Of a stretch of DNA of 64,000 nt, positions 39,566-49,556 are shown one piece after another. The DNA is taken from the NCBI GenBank assembly GCA_039811685.1, contig JBDHZC010000002.1, positions 160,001-224,000 on the forward strand, given 5' to 3'. Every line of letters begins with the position of its first letter. Positions within the stretch are counted from its first letter, which is position 1. Both the position numbers and the translations under genes were made by a program. The stretch is from Armatimonadota bacterium. Lineage in GTDB: Bacteria; Armatimonadota; UBA5829; DSUL01. Under the pieces are notes generated by a model. It had not been told where the DNA came from. It ran no database searches and worked only from the letters and a program-made list of their open reading frames with translations.

Positions 39566-40915
39566 ATGCGTAACTATTTTGGCACAGATGGAATCCGCGG
39601 CGTTGCGAACAGAGAGTTGACGGCGGATCTGGCATTGAGAATTGGCGCTGCGGCAGCCAAGGTCCTCCTGAACCGCCCTCACGGCGTCAGCGTACTCATT
39701 GGGCGGGACCCGCGTATTTCGGGTGACATGCTGGAGAGCGCGCTCGCGGCGGGGTTCGCGTCGCGAGGAGCGGATGTCATACTCGTTGGCGTCATTCCAA
39801 CGCCGGGCGTGGCGGTGCTGGTGCGCGAAGCCGATGTTGACGTCGGCTGTGTCATCTCTGCCTCCCACAACCCTGTAGAATACAACGGGATCAAGTTTTT
39901 CGGGCAAGACGGGGAAAAGCTCGCAGATGAGACAGAGAGCGAAATCGAGTCTCACCTGAATGACCCGGTGAATCAGGCACTGCCGGTTGGGGAAAACATC
40001 GGTCGCTTTCTGCGCCAGCCTCAGCGAGTCGAGCGCTATGTCTACGCCGTCAAGCAGACAGCCCGCCGCAGACTGAATGGCCTGAAGCTGGTGATGGATG
40101 GGGCGAACGGCGCCGCCTTCGATCTTGCGCCGCGAATATTTCGCGAACTCGGAGCAGAGGTTGTCACCATCGGGTGCGATCCGGACGGCGCGAACATCAA
40201 CGCGGGGCTTGGTTCTACGCATCCGGAGCGCATGCTTGAGATGGTGCAGCGGGAGGGCGCCGACGCCGGACTGGCCTTCGACGGAGACGCCGACCGCGTG
40301 CTCATGGCTTCTGAGGACGGAAAACTCGTGGATGGTGACAAGATTATGGCCATCTGCGGGATAGACATGGACCGCCGGGGTGTCTTGCCCGGCCGGCGCG
40401 TCATCGCTACAGTGATGAGCAATGTGGGACTGGAAGTGGCGCTCCAGCGGCACGGAATTCTGCTGGACAGGGTGGAGGAAGTCGGTGACCGCTACGTCGC
40501 TGAAAGGATGAGAGCTACAGGCGCGCGCATTGGTGGAGAAAAATCCGGCCACATTATACTGTCGGAATACACGACCACTGGAGATGGAATGGTGACGGCG
40601 CTCCAGGTGCTGGGAGCTATGCAGGACGCTGACAGGCGCTTGTCTGAGCTGGCAAACGAGGTAGAGGAATATCCACAGGTTCTGGACGGTGTGCGGGTGC
40701 GAGACAAGAGCCGCTGGAAAGAGAATCCGGCCATCAGCAGCGCCATTGATGAAGCGTCAAACGCGCTGCGGGGGCGTGGCCGCCTTCACGTCAGAGCCTC
40801 TGGAACCGAACCTCTCATACGAGTGATGGCGGAGGGACCGGTCGAAGCGGAGCTGAAAGAGCTGGTTGGAGGAGTCTGCTCGGCGATCCGCGAGACCATC
40901 GGCGCAGAGAATTAG
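39566..40915 (+). CDS. glmM: Phosphoglucosamine mutase
   Basis: YFGTDGIRG, ISASHNP, FDGDADR, VGDRYV, GGEKSGH, RASGTEP. Confidence 0.96.
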   Translation: MRNYFGTDGIRGVANRELTADLALRIGAAAAKVLLNRPHGVSVLIGRDPRISGDMLESALAAGFASRGADVILVGVIPTPGVAVLVREADVDVGCVISASHNPVEYNGIKFFGQDGEKLADETESEIESHLNDPVNQALPVGENIGRFLRQPQRVERYVYAVKQTARRRLNGLKLVMDGANGAAFDLAPRIFRELGAEVVTIGCDPDGANINAGLGSTHPERMLEMVQREGADAGLAFDGDADRVLMASEDGKLVDGDKIMAICGIDMDRRGVLPGRRVIATVMSNVGLEVALQRHGILLDRVEEVGDRYVAERMRATGARIGGEKSGHIILSEYTTTGDGMVTALQVLGAMQDADRRLSELANEVEEYPQVLDGVRVRDKSRWKENPAISSAIDEASNALRGRGRLHVRASGTEPLIRVMAEGPVEAELKELVGGVCSAIRETIGAEN

Positions 40916-41058
40916 CGTACCGCACAGCAGGGAAGACGCGTCGGCGTCTGTCTGTTCGCCTCCTGCCGACGGTAAGTCTGCCACCCTTCGCATCAGGACT
41001 GTACTACAGGTCCCGACAAAAACCTCTGCAATTTACTGGGAATTCGTGTTATTATGAA

Positions 41059-41130
41059 TTGTGTGAAAGTGCCAAGCCCGCTGGCCTTCATCTGCTGACT
41101 TCGGGCAAGCGCTAGTACACTTTCACGCAA
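41059..41130 (+). ncRNA. Candidate structured sRNA or leader hairpin
   Basis: 13-bp stem TTGTGTGAAAGTG/CACTTTCACGCAA (one G-U on + strand) enclosing GCCCG/CGGGC, directly after TGnTATTAT (41047-41055). Confidence 0.4.
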
Positions 41131-41579
41131 GATTTTCATTAGAGTCATATCAGGGTAGCTTCCTGCCCTTCCTGCTTCGGCCACTCAGCGTCATTTGTCC
41201 AGAAGCTGATTTTTGTGACATTTCGAGTCCGGCGCCCACGCGAGTCTTCTGCTGTAGTGGATGACCGTGCGGACAGATTTGTCCCAGGAGATCGGCATGC
41301 ATCTGGCTTTTGCAACTGGCGCAGAATGACGCGCTGGACTGAAGCGCCTCTCACAACAAGGAAGCTCATCCGTCCGCCTGTTTCAGTCTTCGGGGCGCGT
41401 CCTCGGCGACGCTTTGCGACCGCGCATTGAGCCTGAAGGCACTTTGTACGGAATGAAACAGGAAGGCGAGCCAATCCCCGCGCCTGTTCAGGCGCCGTAA
41501 CGCTGGGAAGACCGCGCGAGCAGCTCTCGTGCCCAGGCCACTCTCCAGCGCTAGACCGTGTTGAGAAGGTAGTATTATT

Positions 41580-42389
41580 GTGAGTCACTTGAGCGCTATT
41601 GGGCTGCCAGTTGGCAGCCAGGACGAATTTCGGCAACTGACGTACCAGGCCTACAAGAACGGCCGGCCCGTGGAGTCACCTTCGGGTGGATATGTGACGT
41701 GGAGCCCGTCCCCCGGTGTCCAACTCTGGGTTGAGCTGAACACTGAGCGCGCTATTGTTGGGTGCAATCCGCATTTCTGCGGCTCCGGGAGCATTCGAGT
41801 GGGCGTCGCCCAGCATTATACGGGGTACGCAACACCGCTTGAAGGCCGCATATACGGCTGGGTGGAGCCGATAGAAGGATACGTGGATATCGGGCTGTAC
41901 CCGGTCGTCATCGATTTTCCAGACTGGGACGTGTCAAAGGACCGCCTTCCCGTTGGCGAGGTGGCGAACATTCAGGTCTCGGCATTCGCGCACGAGCTCT
42001 ACTGCTATCCTAACGACGGCGCTTTTGAGATGGCGCAGACTCAAGATCTGAAGTGGGCGCCCGAGTCGTTTGTTCTCAGCGGCGGATGTGACAGCTCCGA
42101 ATCAGACGGCGCGCCTCCGGTTCCCGAGGCGATCTTCGCCGGGCACGTGCAGACGTCAGAGCTCCGGCGCAACAAAGCCACTCGCGAAGTCTTCCGCTAT
42201 CTGACTGTCAAGACGCTGGGGGGTATTTATGACGTTGTAGCGGATCCGTCCGTCGTCCAGGGTGAACCCATTGAAGGCGGCGTTGTGCAGGGATCGTTCT
42301 GGTTGAGCGGTCGCCTGGCGCGGGAGGAAGCGAAGTCCGCAAGCGCCAGCCCACTGCTGGAGCGACTGCGAAAATGCGTGGGCGGTTGA
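41580..42389 (+). CDS. Hypothetical protein
   Basis: 269-aa ORF with globular composition (SAIG, PHF.G, G.FWLSGRL); family not recognised with confidence. Confidence 0.75.
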   Translation: MSHLSAIGLPVGSQDEFRQLTYQAYKNGRPVESPSGGYVTWSPSPGVQLWVELNTERAIVGCNPHFCGSGSIRVGVAQHYTGYATPLEGRIYGWVEPIEGYVDIGLYPVVIDFPDWDVSKDRLPVGEVANIQVSAFAHELYCYPNDGAFEMAQTQDLKWAPESFVLSGGCDSSESDGAPPVPEAIFAGHVQTSELRRNKATREVFRYLTVKTLGGIYDVVADPSVVQGEPIEGGVVQGSFWLSGRLAREEAKSASASPLLERLRKCVGG

Positions 42390-42426
42390 GGCGCGCTAAC
42401 CCGAGTTTCGATAACAGCCCGCGCAC

Positions 42427-44421
42427 TTACTTGAAACTCGGCAGAATAATGCCCCGCATGATGATGTTCTGACAGAAAACGAAGATCAACAGAGTCGGGA
42501 TGGCTGCTATAGCCAGCGCCGCCATCACCACATACTGCGGTGACAGAAGCTGGAGCTCATACAGCCACACCATAATCGTCCACATCTTCGGATCCTGGCA
42601 CACCAGGAACGCAAACATGAAATTGCCGTAAGCTACGGTGAAGCTGGACAGCGCGATGACCGCCAGGACAGGCTTTGAGAGCGGCACAGTGATCTGCCAG
42701 AACATCCGCCCTTCGCTTGCCCCGTCTATAATCCCCGCCTCGTAGAGCTCTCTGGGCAGACTGTCGAAGAATCCTTTCAGCAGGAAGATGCTGTACCCAC
42801 TCGCCACTCCGGGCAGAATCAGCGCTGCAAAGGTGTTGAGCAAATTCAGATTCTTCAACAGTAGAAACGATGGGATCATCGCGACTTCCGCTGGGAACGC
42901 CATGGTCGCCAGGAGAAACAGAAGCACCCGGTGTCCGTAGCGCAGGTTGTAGCGGCTGAGTGAGTAAGCGCACAGCGGATTGACAATCAGGTGCGTGGTA
43001 ATGGCCAGAAATACATAGAAAAAGGTATTGAACACGGCCCGGCCGTGGCGTCCAATATAGTCCCAGACCATCTGAAAGTTCGCCAGAGCGAAATACTTGC
43101 GCAAGGCAGCGGAATTGTTGAGCGTGTAGCTCCAGTCCTCAAGCTGAAAAGGCGGCACGGCCTCCGCTATTGAGTTGTAGTTGAGGCCGTACGCCCTGTT
43201 CAGCGCTTTCACAGACGAAAACTTCTTTTGAAGCCATGCCCTGTAGCGGTTTTCCGATCCGTCCGGATGGAGCGAACCGATGGGCGCCGGACCCGCAATG
43301 AAGTCCATCCAGTCTGTTAGAATCTGCCCTTCACTCGGTAGCTCACCTGGGAGCGGCACGGTGTCAAATGAGGAATACGGCCGCTGGTGAGCGATTTGAA
43401 GCTGCTGAAGGCCAGTGTAACGGGTCTTGAGAAACGCTCTCCAGGCTGGGGCAGCGGAGGCGTCTACGCGCATGAAGCGAAACGGAAGCTGTGTCCGTAC
43501 GAACTTCTCCCAATCTGCGCGCTCAGCGGGCGTAGCCGGCATGGCTTCGGGCAGGTGAATCTCACTGAAGTAGCCGTACTGTGTGCCCCACGCCTTGTTC
43601 AGCGCGTGGATGTCGTCCTCATACTGGTCCTGACTCAGAAACTCTTGAAAGATCGGATCTACGCGCACGACCAGTTTGAAGCGCTGCGGAGCCTGCGCCT
43701 TGAACACCTTCCACTCCCGCATTTTGCGTGTGTCATCCAGGTTCCATTCCCGCTTTGTCTCCCGCTCCATCGGCGTCAGAACACTGGCGAAGGAGGTATT
43801 TTCTTCTCCGTAAGCTGCATTCAACCGATTTATCGTCCCATAGCGCTTCTCCAGCCATGCTCGGTACAAATCCAGCAGGCGGCTTGGCGCGCTGGCGGGA
43901 GCGGCAGGGCGCCCGGCGTATCCGGCGACAACAAAGCGTCCGGGCAGAGCGGCGCTGAAGCGTCGCCAGTCAGCGAGTTGTCTGCGCGCTTCAGGTGAGT
44001 GCGGGTTTACCGGGGGGAGTCGTAACGGATTCAGTCCACGCGTTTGTCCCTGAAAATAGTTGACGGAGCCGTTCCACATCTGTACAACTGCCTTTGCAGC
44101 GGAGTTTTCTGGCCACACCTGAGGGGGTACGACGGCCTGCAGGTTGGCCCAGTCTGTTCCGTAACGCTCATTGATGCGGACCATATCACCGCTGTAGCGA
44201 ATCTCCACCTCTTTTGCGAACAGTGCAGTGACGTCGTACAGATAGCGGGGGACAGGACGGTAATCGGAGTAGTCGGCCTCACTGGAGACGCTGGCGCCAA
44301 TCATCAGGAGGAACGGATACACCATCGTCACCGCGCCAAGGGTGAGGATGACGTACATCAGCGCGATACCCAGCCTGACCTTCCACGACCGCCTCCCAAC
44401 AGCAGGGATGATGCCCGACAT
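42427..44421 (-). CDS. Carbohydrate ABC permease (MalG-like) with large repeat-containing extracytoplasmic insertion
   Basis: YPFLLMI TM1, ~400-aa insertion, AYSLSRY, FFDSLPRELYEAGIIDGA EAA loop. Confidence 0.9.
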   Translation of the reverse strand: MSGIIPAVGRRSWKVRLGIALMYVILTLGAVTMVYPFLLMIGASVSSEADYSDYRPVPRYLYDVTALFAKEVEIRYSGDMVRINERYGTDWANLQAVVPPQVWPENSAAKAVVQMWNGSVNYFQGQTRGLNPLRLPPVNPHSPEARRQLADWRRFSAALPGRFVVAGYAGRPAAPASAPSRLLDLYRAWLEKRYGTINRLNAAYGEENTSFASVLTPMERETKREWNLDDTRKMREWKVFKAQAPQRFKLVVRVDPIFQEFLSQDQYEDDIHALNKAWGTQYGYFSEIHLPEAMPATPAERADWEKFVRTQLPFRFMRVDASAAPAWRAFLKTRYTGLQQLQIAHQRPYSSFDTVPLPGELPSEGQILTDWMDFIAGPAPIGSLHPDGSENRYRAWLQKKFSSVKALNRAYGLNYNSIAEAVPPFQLEDWSYTLNNSAALRKYFALANFQMVWDYIGRHGRAVFNTFFYVFLAITTHLIVNPLCAYSLSRYNLRYGHRVLLFLLATMAFPAEVAMIPSFLLLKNLNLLNTFAALILPGVASGYSIFLLKGFFDSLPRELYEAGIIDGASEGRMFWQITVPLSKPVLAVIALSSFTVAYGNFMFAFLVCQDPKMWTIMVWLYELQLLSPQYVVMAALAIAAIPTLLIFVFCQNIIMRGIILPSFK

Positions 44422-44427
44422 CTGTCT

Positions 44428-46926
44428 CTATTCTCCCTGCGCCGCCGAGAAGCGGATGTCTCGCAGGATACGCAGTTGGTACATTGTGAAACCGATGAGC
44501 ATACTTCCCATGATCCAGGCCGCCGCCGTGGCGTACCCAAACTTCAGATACATGAATGCGTTGAACCAGACCTCCAGCCCGATAGTGTGCGTAGCGTAGA
44601 GCGGGCCGCCGCCAGTCATAACGAAAATGTTCTCCATAGCCTTGAACGACCCGATGAAAGCACCCACCAGGTTGATGATGATAAGCGGTTTCAGAGTTGG
44701 CAGGGTGACCCGGAAAATCTTGGTGAAAACCCCCGCGCCGTCCACGTCCGCCGCCTCATACATGTCTTCTGGAATACCCTTCAGAGCCGCCAGGTAGATG
44801 ATGCTTCCCGGCCCGGCGCCAGCCCAGACAGCCGGAAGAATGACCCACGCCATCACAGCCAGCGGATGCTGCGAGTCATTGAGAAACTGGTAAGGCTCCT
44901 TCATGCCGCCAAACGGGGCGAGCATAAACGACAGCAGCGAATTGAACAGGCCCTGAAATGTCGGGTCGTAAAACCACTTCCACAAAAAGAGAATGATAAT
45001 GCCACTTGTGACCGCTGGCAGATAGTACAGCGTACGGAACAGCATCTTGCCCCGTGGAATTTCGTTGAGAAGAAGCGCGAGAAAGATCGGAATGAAAAAG
45101 CCCATCCCGAGAGTCATCGCCGTGTAGAGAAAGCTGTTTTTGAGTCCGATCCAGAACTCCTGACGCCCGAAGGCTTCGATGAAGTTGTCCAGACCCACCC
45201 ACCGGCTGACTCCGATGACCATATAATCCTGGAAGGCCATGATCATTCCGCGCACCAGCGGGTAATAAGCCCAGACGGCGATGGACAGAACCGCCGGCAA
45301 CATGAAAAACCAGGCAATCGCATGCGTTTTCCACCCGCCCCGCGCGGCGATCTGGGAGTCCAGCGCCCCCTCAGAGTGGGCCGCAGCCAGTGTGCGCACC
45401 TGCCGCACTCCGACAAGGGCCACCGTAGTCAGCAGAAAAGCCACCACAACCCAGGCGATCGTCCGCTTTCGGCGCATTTCCTCAGGGGGGGTGTAGTTCA
45501 GGAGCTTCGCGTCGATTTTGGAGGCGGCATCCGCTAGAATGCGCCTTGCGGACATGTTCGGAAACGCCTCAGCGCGCTCCAGAGGCTCGTCCAGCAGCGC
45601 ATAAATCATCTGGCAGTTTTCACCGTGAGGCTCGGGGCGACCCCACTTGAAAGCGTTTTCGTTAGCCTCCACCCACTGCTTCGGAACTTCCTTCAGATAT
45701 TCGCTGTAGCCGTACTTCTTGAGAAGTGGCGGGTTTACGAACTTGGCCATCCCTGCTTCGACAAAGGCCTTCGTGCGCAGCCTCTCCGCTTCTTCAGAGC
45801 GCTGAAACTTAATGAACTCCCACGCCATGTCGCGCACGCGTTTATCCTTGATCAGCGCATTGATCCCCCACATGCTCGCGTTGATCTCGTTGGCGTGTCC
45901 GGCCGGGCCTGCAGGCAGCGCGCTGATGCCTATCAGGCTTGGATTCTGGGTGGAGTTGCCATTGGTGACTGTTTCCGAGAGATACCCCATCCACATCCCG
46001 ACTTTGCCACGGTCAATGTAGGACACGGGATCGGTGGTGCGGATTGAGACGCCCTTGACGGGTTTGCCATCCCGCTCCCAGAGCCCGATGCGCATCTTGC
46101 GGTAAAAGTTGAGCGCTTCGACGCCGGCGGGTGTGTCAAAGGCCGCGCGCCACTGGCCCGAGGCGTCTCTCGCGACAACATCCGCCCCAGCCTGCCACAA
46201 AAAGTCTGTCCAGTGATAGGAAGTCCCGTGAGGCGTTCCGTACCAGAGAAATCCAAACTGTCCTTTGGAGGGGATTGTGAGCTTCTGGCAGTATTCGTAG
46301 AACTCTTCCCACGTGCGCGGGCCGCGGTTCGGGTTGATGCCTGCCTCCTTGAACAGGTCTTTGCGATAATACAACGCCATCACCCACTGCTGAAACGGCA
46401 TGCTGTAGATCTTGCCATTCAGGGTGATGACCTCCATCACCTTGGAGTTGATCCCCTCCAGGACCTTAGGATCGCGCGCGACGTACTCGTTCAGAGGGTA
46501 GAGAAAGCCCTGTTTGACATAGCTTTCAAGCTGGCGGAAGTTCACGTAGAAGACGTCCGGCGCTGTGCCACCAGCCATGGACATCAGGAATCCGGATTCG
46601 GCCGCCTGCCCCTGAAGTTGAATCCCGCTGGCCGGCGCCACTTCCACATTCGGGTGAAGCTGGAGAAAGCGTTCGTACACCGCTCTTCTGGCCCTGTTCC
46701 ATGGGTCGGAAGCGTCCTTCTGCGGAATAGCTGCCCAGGTCGTCGTGCCCGTGCTCAGACGCAGCATTACCTTTGGTTCGCCGAGCGCCCGGGCGGCGCT
46801 ACAGATGAGGACAGAAAAGCAAGCCAGAAGCCCCACCCAGACGCGCAAAGCTTTGCGCGCCGCGGCGCTGCGCAAGTGCAGAGTGTTGACTCGAGTTGTC
46901 GGCATTCTGGTGAATAGACCCGGCAC
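44428..46926 (-). CDS. Sugar-binding protein fused to ABC permease (MalE-MalF-like)
   Basis: SBP family 1 motifs (GTAPDV, LYYRKDLFKEAG, PRTWEE), then WVGLDNF, YYLPAV, DMYEAADVDGA. Confidence 0.92.
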   Translation of the reverse strand: MPGLFTRMPTTRVNTLHLRSAAARKALRVWVGLLACFSVLICSAARALGEPKVMLRLSTGTTTWAAIPQKDASDPWNRARRAVYERFLQLHPNVEVAPASGIQLQGQAAESGFLMSMAGGTAPDVFYVNFRQLESYVKQGFLYPLNEYVARDPKVLEGINSKVMEVITLNGKIYSMPFQQWVMALYYRKDLFKEAGINPNRGPRTWEEFYEYCQKLTIPSKGQFGFLWYGTPHGTSYHWTDFLWQAGADVVARDASGQWRAAFDTPAGVEALNFYRKMRIGLWERDGKPVKGVSIRTTDPVSYIDRGKVGMWMGYLSETVTNGNSTQNPSLIGISALPAGPAGHANEINASMWGINALIKDKRVRDMAWEFIKFQRSEEAERLRTKAFVEAGMAKFVNPPLLKKYGYSEYLKEVPKQWVEANENAFKWGRPEPHGENCQMIYALLDEPLERAEAFPNMSARRILADAASKIDAKLLNYTPPEEMRRKRTIAWVVVAFLLTTVALVGVRQVRTLAAAHSEGALDSQIAARGGWKTHAIAWFFMLPAVLSIAVWAYYPLVRGMIMAFQDYMVIGVSRWVGLDNFIEAFGRQEFWIGLKNSFLYTAMTLGMGFFIPIFLALLLNEIPRGKMLFRTLYYLPAVTSGIIILFLWKWFYDPTFQGLFNSLLSFMLAPFGGMKEPYQFLNDSQHPLAVMAWVILPAVWAGAGPGSIIYLAALKGIPEDMYEAADVDGAGVFTKIFRVTLPTLKPLIIINLVGAFIGSFKAMENIFVMTGGGPLYATHTIGLEVWFNAFMYLKFGYATAAAWIMGSMLIGFTMYQLRILRDIRFSAAQGE

Positions 46927-47152
46927 ATGTCTTCACACACATATACCAGGGGTTGACAAAACTACGCGCGGATAGTCCCTACGAGACAGCCACGATGGGA
47001 CAATGATAAAGGATTTCTCGCTTTAGATGCCGGGTTCCTTCAATTCGGAGCGCATGGCGGAACGGCTCCGTGAGCCATTAGCGAGGCGGAGCGTACAAAA
47101 CAGCCTGGCAGCCAGCGACGCGACAGCGCTGCGTCCGTACCCTCAGCCCGGT

Positions 47153-48175
47153 TCATGGGCCGACAAGCTGGCGAACGAGCAGGTAGCTGAGAGCTCCCAA
47201 CAACGCGCAGACCGGCAGGGTCATCAGCCAGGCTGCGACAATCTGGCGGATAATCCCCCAGCGCACGCCCTTCAGGTTCTTCGCGGCGCCCACGCCCATT
47301 ACAGCCGAGGAAATCACGTGCGTTGTGGAGACAGGGGCATGCACGTGGGTAGCCAGCATAATCACTGTCGCCGCAGAGGTCTCCGCCGCGAAACCATGCA
47401 CGGGCTGGAGTCCGATCACCTTGCGCCCAACGGTCTTGATGATACGCCACCCGCCGCCAGCCGTTCCAAGAGCCATCGCGGCGGCGCACGATAGCTTCAC
47501 CCACAAAGGAACGCTAAAGACCGGCGAAGGAGCGGTGCTGAGACTCATCAGCGCAAGTGTGATGACGCCCATCGATTTCTGAGCGTCGTTTGCCCCATGT
47601 GAAAATGCCATCACCGCAGCGGACACAGCCTGCACTTTCAAAAACCACTTGTTCAGACGGCTTGGCGGTTTGTTGCAGAACAGCCAGGCGATGATCACCA
47701 TAGAGAAGACGCCAATGAGGAAGCCGAGTATGGGCGAGAGGATCAGCCACGTGATGATATGCCCGAGTCCCGCGTAGCTCCAGTTGAGCGCGTGAACGCC
47801 GTGCGAAGCGGCGACTGCCGCGCCCGCCAGCGCGCCTATGAGCGCGTGACTGGAGCTGCTGGGCAGGCCCCGGTGCCACGTGACCAGATTCCACGCGATA
47901 GCGCCAATTAGCGCAGACAGCACCAGCAGTTGGTAATCGTGGTACTTGGAGGTATCAATAATGCCAGTGCCCATTGCCTTCGCGACACCAGTCCACAGAA
48001 TGGCTCCAACAAAGTTCGCAATGGCTGCCATGATGATGGCGGTGCGCACACTCAGCGCCTTCGTCAGAACACTGGTGGCAATAGCATTGGCTGTGTCGTG
48101 AAAACCATTAATGAAGTCGAAAATCAGAGCCAGGACGACGACGCAGCCGATGACGATGAGTGCGGGATCAGGCAT
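47153..48175 (-). CDS. pit: PiT family inorganic phosphate transporter
   Basis: NGFHDTANAIAT, PSSSSHALIG, HGANDAQK, PVSTTH. Confidence 0.95.
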   Translation of the reverse strand: MPDPALIVIGCVVVLALIFDFINGFHDTANAIATSVLTKALSVRTAIIMAAIANFVGAILWTGVAKAMGTGIIDTSKYHDYQLLVLSALIGAIAWNLVTWHRGLPSSSSHALIGALAGAAVAASHGVHALNWSYAGLGHIITWLILSPILGFLIGVFSMVIIAWLFCNKPPSRLNKWFLKVQAVSAAVMAFSHGANDAQKSMGVITLALMSLSTAPSPVFSVPLWVKLSCAAAMALGTAGGGWRIIKTVGRKVIGLQPVHGFAAETSAATVIMLATHVHAPVSTTHVISSAVMGVGAAKNLKGVRWGIIRQIVAAWLMTLPVCALLGALSYLLVRQLVGP

Positions 48176-48240
48176 ACAGGGCGGCTTTCAAAGTCTTCGA
48201 ACACCTTAGTTCGGCCTGTCTCAATCGCCTCGTTGAGAAC

Positions 48241-48867
48241 TCAGGCGTTCTTGACAACAATACCTTCCAGAATGTGCGCGACATGCTCGCATTTGTCGAT
48301 CGCCTCTTCGAAATGGTCGTAAATCTCCCGCCATTTCATGGCTTCCAGAGGCTCCATAGCGCCGCTGAATATCTGCTTCAGAGCTTTGCGATTGATGCGG
48401 TCGCCTTCGTTCTCGAAGTCGTTCACACGCACGCAGGGGTCAAGAACTTTGCGTGTGTCGCGCAACTCACTCAGGTGTGAGACGGCTTTTTGCACCTCTT
48501 GTGTGGCCTGGAGAATCACATCGGCCATCTCTATTGCTTCAGATGTGGGCTCGGTGACAGCGTACAACACAAGGCGGTCACAGGCGGATTCGATGAAGTC
48601 CGTAATATCATCCAATCCGTCTGCCAGCGCGTGGATGTCTTCCCGATCGAGAGGGGTGATGAACGAGTCGTTCAGGCGCTTGAAGATGTCGTGAAGGATA
48701 AAGTCGCCCTCGTGCTCCGCTTCAACAGCTCGCGCGGACATTTCCGGGGCTTTGTTGAAGTCCTTCACCATCTCGTTGAGCACTTGAGCCGCCTTAACAG
48801 CGTTAGCCGCCGCACGGTCGAACAATTCGAAGAATTGCTCTTGACGCGGCATCAAGTGGAGTTTCAT
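48241..48867 (-). CDS. DUF47 phosphate transport regulator
   Basis: EHEGD, FITPLDREDI, ENEGD, KWREIY; upstream of pit. Confidence 0.93.
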   Translation of the reverse strand: MKLHLMPRQEQFFELFDRAAANAVKAAQVLNEMVKDFNKAPEMSARAVEAEHEGDFILHDIFKRLNDSFITPLDREDIHALADGLDDITDFIESACDRLVLYAVTEPTSEAIEMADVILQATQEVQKAVSHLSELRDTRKVLDPCVRVNDFENEGDRINRKALKQIFSGAMEPLEAMKWREIYDHFEEAIDKCEHVAHILEGIVVKNA

Positions 48868-48953
48868 GTGGGAGCGACCTCCCCGAGCCCGGTTCTACGT
48901 ACACTCATGTCCACAAGAGTATACACCATTCCGGCCGGGCAGGCGTCAACTAA

Positions 48954-49451
48954 TCAGGCGGCTTTTTCCAACAGCGTTTCAGTTTCAGCAGGTGAAGCGA
49001 GGCTAAGGCTGACGCAAAGCTCAACCTTTCCGTACGCGCTGAGCAAAGGGATGACTAGAAACGCCCGGCAGCCCCCCGTTGGCACGCGCACTCCGCGCAA
49101 AGTCTCCCCAGCCGTAACAGTGGCCTCGATACTTGCGTTCGCAAACGCCTCCGTGGCCTGCGTGGAGAGGGTCTTTCCGAACTCGCCTAGAGCGCCGGAA
49201 GCCACAGCGTCCATTCTGTGCAGTTGCTGCCCAAGCAGTGATCCCGCAATCCGGGTGGCACTCACGGTGGACATTCCGTAGAGCGCAACTCCCGTAAGGG
49301 CGCCGCTTACATCCAGAGTGAGAGTGACCTGCTGAGAAGTGACAGTGGCGCGGCGCAGCGACAATGCCCCGCGCTGCGGAGTTTCTCCGGTAATTTTCTC
49401 AAGTGAATCAACGCCCGCCTGAAGAAATGGGACGACGTATTCCAGCTTCAT
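48954..49451 (-). CDS. cheX: CheX-family chemotaxis protein (catalytic motif altered)
   Basis: MKLEYVVPFL N-terminus, SGALTG, A.RIAG.LLG, GALGEFG; ATG at 49451. Confidence 0.7.
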   Translation of the reverse strand: MKLEYVVPFLQAGVDSLEKITGETPQRGALSLRRATVTSQQVTLTLDVSGALTGVALYGMSTVSATRIAGSLLGQQLHRMDAVASGALGEFGKTLSTQATEAFANASIEATVTAGETLRGVRVPTGGCRAFLVIPLLSAYGKVELCVSLSLASPAETETLLEKAA

Positions 49452-49556
49452 AGGGTGTGTTCTGGTCGCAGTGTGAGACGCCAAGTGAGATTACCTCACC
49501 TGGATTATTCCGCACCCAGCGGCATTTTGGAGGCGACTGCGACTACTTGGACCAGA

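Noticed and set aside
41545..41575. glmS ribozyme-like string AGCGCTAGAC..GTTGAGAAGG
   Set aside because: The core ACGAGG and downstream P3/P4 elements are missing, and no glmS follows.
48915..48952. TTGACG...TATACT promoter for DUF47-pit
   Set aside because: Spacer is 20 bp, too long for a standard sigma70 pair.
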